Shown in pieces: positions 57,301 through 64,000 of a DNA stretch of 64,000 bases (within the stretch, counting starts at the first letter, position 1; the number at the start of each line of letters is the position of its first letter). The position numbers were made by a program, and so were the translations under genes. Source of the DNA: Candidatus Latescibacterota bacterium (GTDB lineage: Bacteria > Latescibacterota > UBA2968); the NCBI GenBank assembly GCA_965207885.1, contig OZ242311.1:1152001-1216000 (forward strand), written 5' to 3'. The notes beneath the pieces were generated by a model. That model was given only the letters and a program-made list of their open reading frames with translations, had not been told where the DNA came from and did not search any database.

Positions 57301-58841
57301 GCTCGGCGCAGCACCTGGCTGGGCAACGCGCCTGTTGGTTCCCCATTGGCAATGACGGATTGACCATTGACAAAAACGTGCGAAATACCGACTGGCGGCA
57401 GCGTGGGATTTTCAAAAGTAGATCTCGCAGCCACCGTATCGGGATCAAAAACAACGAGATCAGCGGCTTTGCCCACAGCGACTTCGCCCCGGTCGGGAAT
57501 ATTGAAACGCCGTGCGGGAAAACCGCTCATCTTGTAGATCGCCTCCTCAAAAGTCAGCAACTCGCGCTCGCGCACAAAATGACCCAGCACGCGCGCAAAA
57601 CACCCAAAACCCCGCGGATGCGGATGCGGAATATTAAAAATGCCATCGCTGGCAATCATCATACGCGGATGAGTGGCTGTGCGCGTCACGGTCTGCGCGG
57701 CTACTTCGGGATCAACCTGCCACGGAAAAATAACGGCATGGCATTCGCGCTCCTGAAAAATCAGATCGTATGCAAAATCCTCAAGAGATGTATTTGCCCG
57801 AGCCGCGAGATCGCACAGGCGTTCTCCCGTGTACCTGCCCGAGCCAGTATAACCAACAATCTGATCGCCGCGCCCGAGCCATGTTTTGAGTTCGGCGACG
57901 GACTCGGCGCGAACTTCTGGGTCTTCAAGACGCGCGTTGACCTCATCTGGACTACCGACCTGGAATTTCATAGGCAACATCATGTACAAATGGGTCATCC
58001 CAGCCGGATAGAGATAAGATTCAAAAGTCAGATCGATATCTTCGCGCTCGATTCTCTCCAGCAAATCGGCATTCTCGTCGTTGACCCGCTCATGCGAGAT
58101 GTGAACCGGGATATTTGCAGCGCGGGAAAGCGCGATCGTCTCTTCCCAGGCGGCAACGCGCCCAATCGTGTGATAGCGCACGTGAGCCGCGTAAATACCC
58201 CCGTATTCCGCCGCGACTTTGCAAAGCGCAACAAGCTCCCGAAAATCCGCATTAGCACTCGGCTGATAATCGAGACCCAAATTGAGCGCGCCAGCCCCCG
58301 CCTCCATCCATTGTCGCGTGAGATCCGACATCTGTGCAATCTCATCATCTGTTGCTGGCCGCGCATCCCACCCACAGGCAGACAGGCGAACCGCGCAATG
58401 AGGGACTTGCGGATACACATTTGCCGCGCTGTTATTGGGAAAAAGACTCAGATAATCCTCCGGCGTTTGCCAGCCAATCGGAATATCGACCTCACCAACA
58501 GAAAAGCGCGTATATGTCCACAATTCGCGCGTGCGCGCGGGCGACAGCCCCGTCCACCCAAACCCATCGGGCGTCAAAAGCTGCGTCGTAATACCCTGCT
58601 GCACCTCGGCATAGCGATGAACACCTGTAAGCAGGGCGATCTCCGAATGAACATGCACATCGATAAAACCGGGACAGACGATATGTCCCGTCGCATCGAT
58701 AACCGTATCGGCCTGTGCCTGAGACAAATCGCCAATAGCCTCAATGCGATCTCCACAAATGCCAACATCCGCCTGAAAACCGGGCGTCCGGCCCGTGCCG
58801 TCAATCACTGTGCTGTTGCAAATGAGCAGGTCAAAAGTCAT
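57297..58841 (-). CDS. N-acyl-D-amino-acid deacylase (amidohydrolase)
   Basis: PGFIDVHVH, ASDG, HPRGFG and ADLVVFDP. Confidence 0.88.
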   Translation of the reverse strand: MTFDLLICNSTVIDGTGRTPGFQADVGICGDRIEAIGDLSQAQADTVIDATGHIVCPGFIDVHVHSEIALLTGVHRYAEVQQGITTQLLTPDGFGWTGLSPARTRELWTYTRFSVGEVDIPIGWQTPEDYLSLFPNNSAANVYPQVPHCAVRLSACGWDARPATDDEIAQMSDLTRQWMEAGAGALNLGLDYQPSANADFRELVALCKVAAEYGGIYAAHVRYHTIGRVAAWEETIALSRAANIPVHISHERVNDENADLLERIEREDIDLTFESYLYPAGMTHLYMMLPMKFQVGSPDEVNARLEDPEVRAESVAELKTWLGRGDQIVGYTGSGRYTGERLCDLAARANTSLEDFAYDLIFQERECHAVIFPWQVDPEVAAQTVTRTATHPRMMIASDGIFNIPHPHPRGFGCFARVLGHFVRERELLTFEEAIYKMSGFPARRFNIPDRGEVAVGKAADLVVFDPDTVAARSTFENPTLPPVGISHVFVNGQSVIANGEPTGALPSQVLRRA

Positions 58842-58844
58842 GTT

Positions 58845-60773
58845 CTACCACCTGTTGAGTTTGTGGCCATTGCCCGGGAAAAAAAGCGCATCCACAACAA
58901 CGCCCAATGCAATACCGGCAATTTGACCGGCCAGCATACCCAGGAACAAAGGCGCGATTTTGCGATAGTATTCGAGACCGCCAAATTTGAGCACGAGCGT
59001 TTTGATCGCCCAGCTAAAGAAAATAGAAAAAAGGCTACTGCGCAAGACGCCCGACGATGAAATCGTAAACCCAATCGGATGAAGTGGAAAATGGGGAAAG
59101 CGATAGCGAATATAGAGCAAAATACCTGTAAAGACAGCACCAATACCCAAAAAACGCACGCGATTCCAGTCTGTACTCATCGCTCCGGCGTGTACGCGGT
59201 TGGCGGTATAAGTCCACGCCCCCACGGCACCATCAGCAGACCCATTAAAACTAACCACCCCAAAATTATAGCTGCCAATACCGTAATAACCCTGATAGAG
59301 GGTAAAAGCAATAACAGTAGTCGCGCCGATCAAGGCACCTGTGGCAATCGCGGGAACAAAAGCGCGGCGGCGTTCGGCGGGCACAACCGAGGCCAGACGA
59401 GGGACATGCGCAAGTGTTGTAATCGCAAAAGTTTTGGCATCGCAAAAAAATGTATAAGTCAGCCCCAGTGCAACAGCGCTCGGCGCCCCCATACCCGCAA
59501 CACCAAGGACATGCCAGGTAAATGCCTGAGCGGTAATAGGACCGCGCAAAAAAACCAGACCACTCTCGGCGATAATATGTGCAAGACCCAGGTAAAGAAT
59601 CAGCGTCGCACCCCAAAAGGTGAGTAAGGTAAGGACATTCATACCCGATTGCACGAGAAAGAAAATCGTGTACACACTACACAAGACCAGGATCATAAAT
59701 GCCGTGCGATAGGATAAAAGCTCCCCCTCATCATCTATCTGCGCATTGCGAGACCACACCTTGTGCCAGACATCGCGCAAATGTGCGCGCGCCATCCACA
59801 GCCCCCACAGAACGAGAACAATAAAACCGCCAAAACTCTGCCACCCAATAGCAGGTGCCATAGAACACCACATATCGGAACCGCCAAAATCCAAACCAAA
59901 GCGATTGAAAATGCCAACCTGAAGAATCGCGAGCAAGTGAAAAAACCAGATGCTGTACAACACATCTGATTTCGTGAAATAGGCAAATGCAATCGTCATC
60001 GGCTGGAAGAGAAACCACAGCGGTGGAAAACCGCGACCAATGGGGATATTGATCTGCCTCATAACATCCAGACGGGGCAATGCCGTGACAAACCATGAGG
60101 CGACATTCCAGCAAAAAACGCCAAAAATGAGTACAAATCCAATCTGAAAAAAGCGCGAGCGAACAAGGTTAGCAAACGCATCTTTTGAATCACCCGTACC
60201 CGTCAGTTCGAGAAGTGCCGTGGCAATGGGAAAAGAGAGCCGTTCGTGTTCCATCCACTGTTTGCGAAGGAGAATAACCACACAGAAATTGGCGAGAAAT
60301 ACAGCACCGAAAAAAAGTCCCCAGCCGGGAAAAAGTGCGATCCACGCATCCCAGGGAAAAGGGGCACCAGGCGGCAGCCCTTCGTAAAACCCCGTAGCTG
60401 CAGCACGGTCTGTCAGCACATTCCACTCGGTAAAATGTGGCCACAGCCTTTCTGCCCACATATTTTGCGTTGAAGCAAAATAAATGGGCGCAGTGACAAC
60501 GCCGAGAAAATAACCCGAAAGCCACTCACCTTGCATATTGGCAGCCACCATGCCAATGCTACATATCGCGATGAGTTCAAAGGATGAGAGGCCCCTGAAT
60601 CTGCGCGAAAAAAAATAGTTAAAAACGAGCAAGGCCAAAAAGGGAATCAAAAAAGCCACAGACAAATGGGCAAAATCCCCGCGGGAAGAACGCAGAATCA
60701 AGCTACTATACACAGGCCAAAAATTCACCCAAACAGATAAACAAAGGCCAATGATGATCGCGCGAATAGTCAT
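58845..60773 (-). CDS. Second DUF6785/DUF6784-type membrane protein
   Basis: LRKQWMEHERLSFP, AESG, FPLHPIG and FPGNGH..W C-terminus shared with 50824-52770. Confidence 0.75.
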   Translation of the reverse strand: MTIRAIIIGLCLSVWVNFWPVYSSLILRSSRGDFAHLSVAFLIPFLALLVFNYFFSRRFRGLSSFELIAICSIGMVAANMQGEWLSGYFLGVVTAPIYFASTQNMWAERLWPHFTEWNVLTDRAAATGFYEGLPPGAPFPWDAWIALFPGWGLFFGAVFLANFCVVILLRKQWMEHERLSFPIATALLELTGTGDSKDAFANLVRSRFFQIGFVLIFGVFCWNVASWFVTALPRLDVMRQINIPIGRGFPPLWFLFQPMTIAFAYFTKSDVLYSIWFFHLLAILQVGIFNRFGLDFGGSDMWCSMAPAIGWQSFGGFIVLVLWGLWMARAHLRDVWHKVWSRNAQIDDEGELLSYRTAFMILVLCSVYTIFFLVQSGMNVLTLLTFWGATLILYLGLAHIIAESGLVFLRGPITAQAFTWHVLGVAGMGAPSAVALGLTYTFFCDAKTFAITTLAHVPRLASVVPAERRRAFVPAIATGALIGATTVIAFTLYQGYYGIGSYNFGVVSFNGSADGAVGAWTYTANRVHAGAMSTDWNRVRFLGIGAVFTGILLYIRYRFPHFPLHPIGFTISSSGVLRSSLFSIFFSWAIKTLVLKFGGLEYYRKIAPLFLGMLAGQIAGIALGVVVDALFFPGNGHKLNRW

Positions 60774-60893
60774 AGGACACCGAAATATGAAAAACAAAAA
60801 AATGGGCGTCCATAATAACACTGAGAACAGCATCGGTCAAGCTGCGTAAAAGACTGGAGACTAGGAGGGGACTGACGACTTTTCACTGGCCGC

Positions 60894-61805
60894 TTATTTC
60901 ATTGCCAGATCGTCGAGCCATTGTGCCACGCTGTGTTGATTGCCCTGAATAAAAACAGGCGAGAGAGATCCTCGGGCGTGCAGGGCGTGGATGAGGCGGT
61001 CAATGGCGATGAGTTGTTCGCCGGGGGTTTTGCACCGAGGCCATTGGCTCACAAATTGGCGAATGGGCGTGAGATTTCCCGTGTGTGCATATCTGTCGTA
61101 TTGTTTTTTCCACGATTGCCATGTGAAGGCGTGACCACATGCCGCGCAGTTTAAGTGTTCGACCTTGCGTTTTTGCTGTTTTGTGAAAGCCCGCCATTTT
61201 TTTTCATAACCACAATGTGTGCAACAAAACATGGCGGACTCGTATTGGCCTTGCCTGTTGCAGTTGGGGCATGTGAGATCCCAATGAGAAGATATCTTTT
61301 TTATTTTTGATGATCTCAATTTTGAAGATGGTGGCTTGCGTAAGATATTGTTGCAATGCGGACAAGGAAGTCGCACGCGGTATTTGATAGATTGACGATA
61401 TTTCTGCCAGACCCAGATCTGTTTGCACGAAGAACAGGCGAGTGTGTTAGTGCTATAATTCCATGCCAATATTTTGCGACAATCAAAGCAGCGCGGGTGA
61501 TTGCGAAGTGCGTTTCTGCAATCATGCCAGGTTATTTTTTCCGCACAGATTGGACATGAGAATTGCGATGTAGATGGTTGAAAAGATGGTCGTTCCCGAT
61601 AGAAGTTCCGCCGATAGACAATCTGGTCGCACTGTGGACAGGGTACCTGGCCTCGCAGGGCCTGTCCAAACATCAAGACTGCTTCGCCGCGTGCGTAAAG
61701 TCCCCACCCAATGTGCAGGAGTTTATCTCCGTCAAAAATACCGCGGCGTATGCACTGGTAGAGTTGGCGGATGCGCCAGGGTTTAAGGCGAGGTGCCCCT
61801 TGCAT
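60894..61805 (-). CDS. Basic protein with eight CxxC motifs (multi zinc ribbon)
   Basis: CPQC, CPIC, CFDC, CSSC, CPHC, CPNC, CTHC and CAAC. Confidence 0.65.
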   Translation of the reverse strand: MQGAPRLKPWRIRQLYQCIRRGIFDGDKLLHIGWGLYARGEAVLMFGQALRGQVPCPQCDQIVYRRNFYRERPSFQPSTSQFSCPICAEKITWHDCRNALRNHPRCFDCRKILAWNYSTNTLACSSCKQIWVWQKYRQSIKYRVRLPCPHCNNILRKPPSSKLRSSKIKKISSHWDLTCPNCNRQGQYESAMFCCTHCGYEKKWRAFTKQQKRKVEHLNCAACGHAFTWQSWKKQYDRYAHTGNLTPIRQFVSQWPRCKTPGEQLIAIDRLIHALHARGSLSPVFIQGNQHSVAQWLDDLAMK

Positions 61806-61966
61806 AGTCGTATCCTTTTGTTTGTCGCGTTCTGATCTGAAGATACAGTTCAAAAAGTCCTCACACAAGTCCCCCTTCCTATGCCGACACCTTGACATGG
61901 AAGAAATGGCGACTTATCATGAGCGTCCCATCATTCATAGAGCAGCACACATAGCCGAGGCTTATT

Positions 61967-62746
61967 ATGCGCCAAAATCTTTCGGGCATCCTGGAAGAAA
62001 TGACCATTGACGATGTGCGATCACTCGCGCCCAATGTAGCGGTCATCCCAATAGGCTCCACCGAACCGCACGGACCTGCATTGCCCTATGGAACGGACAA
62101 CTTTCAAGTGGAATACGTCGCTTATGGAGGCACGCGCAAAGCCAATGAAATGGGCGGGCGCGTCGTGTGTTTCCCCACGCAGCGGGTGAGCTTAAACAAC
62201 AACTTTCGCGCCTTTCCATTCGCGTGCCGCATGCAAGTCCCCACATTTATGAACCTGTTGAAAGACCTGGTGGCAATGTGCCGCGCGGAAAATGTACACC
62301 GCATAGTATTCATCAATGGTCACGGCGGCAACCCCGACGCCATCCGTGCAGTACAGCGCGATTTGGCCGCGCAAGACGGACTCTTCACATGCTTGATCAG
62401 CACGGGGACCTGTGCATCGGAAGACGCAAAAGCCATTTGGGAAAATCGCAGCGATCACGCAGGCGAAGAAGAAACCTCCCAAATCATGTTCTTGCGCCCC
62501 GAACTCGTGCGTGAAAATCTAATAGCCAACAACCCTCCCCAGTATCCCAAATTGAAAACACTGCGGGAATTTGACATCCACTTTGTGCGCCCCTGGCATT
62601 TGTATTTGCCCACATCCGCTGGCGGCGATGCGCGAAAAGCCTCAGCACAAAAAGGCGAGACAGTCTTAAACTCAGCCGTGGAAGGAACCGGGCGATTCCT
62701 GACTGAACTATCACAGACAGAGGATTCAGAGACGTTTCCCTATTGA
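61967..62746 (+). CDS. Creatininase family amidohydrolase
   Basis: PIGSTEPHG..LP.GTD, NGHGGN and HAGEEETS. Confidence 0.9.
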   Translation: MRQNLSGILEEMTIDDVRSLAPNVAVIPIGSTEPHGPALPYGTDNFQVEYVAYGGTRKANEMGGRVVCFPTQRVSLNNNFRAFPFACRMQVPTFMNLLKDLVAMCRAENVHRIVFINGHGGNPDAIRAVQRDLAAQDGLFTCLISTGTCASEDAKAIWENRSDHAGEEETSQIMFLRPELVRENLIANNPPQYPKLKTLREFDIHFVRPWHLYLPTSAGGDARKASAQKGETVLNSAVEGTGRFLTELSQTEDSETFPY

Positions 62747-62758
62747 AAGGACCACAGC

Positions 62759-63847
62759 ATGATCACCTACGACACACTCGGCGTAAAACCATTTATCAAC
62801 GCGAGTGGCACCATTACCACACTCGGTGGTAGCTTGATGTCAGATGAAGTACTGGAGGCGATGTGCGAGGCGGGAGGATCATTTGTCGATTTGAATGACC
62901 TGCTCGTAAAAGCAGGCGAATATCTGGCAGACCGCATTGGCGTACCTGCGGCCTTTATCTCTTGTGGCGCAGCCAGCGGTGTACAATTGTCCGCCGCGGC
63001 GTGTTTAACAGGACCTGACATATCAAAAGCGCGCCAGTTGCCGCATACACAGGGATGGCAAAACGAATTTGTAATCAGCCTGGTCGATAGCCATACGTAC
63101 ATCCATCAGGGCATTGAAGTCTGCGGAGGCAAACTCGTGCGGGTTGGCAGCGAACAGGCGGTAACCAGTGAAGACCTCATCGGCGGAATCGGCGAAAAAA
63201 CAGCGGCTGTGGTGCATTTTTTGGGCAAACAAAGCAAAGAACAACTCGCAGAAGTCATCGCAGGCGCCGAAAAAAAAAGCATACCCGTCATGGTAGATGC
63301 GGCTGCACAGTTGCCTCCCCGTTCGAACTTAACCGAACTCGTCGAAATGGGTGCAAGCCTCGTGACATTCAGCGGTGGTAAGGGATTGTGCGGACCTCAA
63401 AACAGCGGTCTGGTCGTGGGAAAAGCGGATTGCGTAGAAGCCGTGCGGATCAATGCGAGTCCGCATTCGGCAATTGGACGCGGCATGAAAGTCGGCAAAG
63501 AAGAAATCCTGGGATTAATCGCGGCTATAGATCTATTTTTGAGCCGAAGCGATCGCGAAGACCGCCAGCGCTGGCAGGGGCAAGCTCGCGTCGTGGTAGA
63601 TGCAGTCGAAAATATCGCAAACGCCTATGTAATGACCGAAGGACAGGATGCCGCGCCCGAATTTGCGCCCCGCGCATACATAGACCTGCCAGATGAACAG
63701 CGCGATACCGTAATCCACGCATTGAAAGAAGGCGAGCCGTCAATTGTCGTACGGCGAAGTGCCAGAGGTATTTTGATCGACCCCATGACCATGCAAATAG
63801 GTGAAGAAGCCATAGTCGCAGAAAAATTGCTGGAGGTATTGACATGA
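62759..63847 (+). CDS. SelA-like PLP-dependent enzyme (DgaE-type)
   Basis: INASGTITTLGGS, VDAAA, FSGGK and GRGMKVGKEEI. Confidence 0.8.
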   Translation: MITYDTLGVKPFINASGTITTLGGSLMSDEVLEAMCEAGGSFVDLNDLLVKAGEYLADRIGVPAAFISCGAASGVQLSAAACLTGPDISKARQLPHTQGWQNEFVISLVDSHTYIHQGIEVCGGKLVRVGSEQAVTSEDLIGGIGEKTAAVVHFLGKQSKEQLAEVIAGAEKKSIPVMVDAAAQLPPRSNLTELVEMGASLVTFSGGKGLCGPQNSGLVVGKADCVEAVRINASPHSAIGRGMKVGKEEILGLIAAIDLFLSRSDREDRQRWQGQARVVVDAVENIANAYVMTEGQDAAPEFAPRAYIDLPDEQRDTVIHALKEGEPSIVVRRSARGILIDPMTMQIGEEAIVAEKLLEVLT

Positions 63848-64000
63848 TCGACGCGCATTTACACCTCACGCACAACGGCAGATCGGTTGAAGAGACCATC
63901 ACACATATCGAAGCCATCGGCGCGGAAAAAGCCGTCATGCTACCCATTGAAGATGGCGACGACGAGTTTGGCTGGATGACCGAAGACATAGTAAAGGCGC
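63844..64000 (+). CDS. Amidohydrolase family protein (partial, runs off the window)
   Basis: MIDAHLH metal motif; ATGA overlap with the upstream gene. Confidence 0.7.
   Translation, partial: MIDAHLHLTHNGRSVEETITHIEAIGAEKAVMLPIEDGDDEFGWMTEDIVKA

Noticed and set aside
57360-59060. Long 566-aa plus-strand ORF, and similar ones such as 8550-9656, 51264-52406 and 52795-53583
   Set aside because: These are antisense or off-frame shadows of well-supported genes and carry no motifs.
62759-63847. Possible selenocysteine synthase selA explaining the UGA genes
   Set aside because: At 362 aa it lacks the SelA N-terminal tRNA-binding domain, has DgaE-type motifs (FSGGK, GRGMKVGKEE) and sits among amidohydrolases rather than beside selB.

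Overview
This is 64 kb of bacterial chromosome, densely coding and mostly metabolic. Gene content (sulfatases, two DUF6785-type membrane proteins, an Rpn-like protein, an ankyrin protein) suggests an uncultured marine or sponge-associated lineage such as Latescibacterota or Poribacteria; that placement is inference only. The main results are: (1) two genes missed or truncated by the ORF track look like selenoproteins (a BCP peroxiredoxin and an ArsC-family protein), each with an in-frame UGA at the catalytic Cys position followed by a similar GGA-loop hairpin; (2) a ~3.7 kb island after tRNA-Pro(CGG) holds a self-contained sigma-54 module (enhancer-binding protein, UAS sites, consensus -24/-12 promoter, tiny HTH-only gene) between two ~75-80 bp miniature IS3-type elements whose ends match a full IS3 at 41.9-43.1 kb; (3) an AraC response regulator with an in-frame amber stop is followed by four ~20.5-bp-period repeats, a promoter and a structured non-coding segment; (4) there is a phosphorelay/partner-switch cluster, a McrBC pair, a PD-(D/E)XK nuclease pair and the tail of an ACP-containing biosynthetic cluster; (5) strand composition appears to flip near the IS3, which has no target duplication. 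All family calls come from motif recognition by eye; no searches were run.
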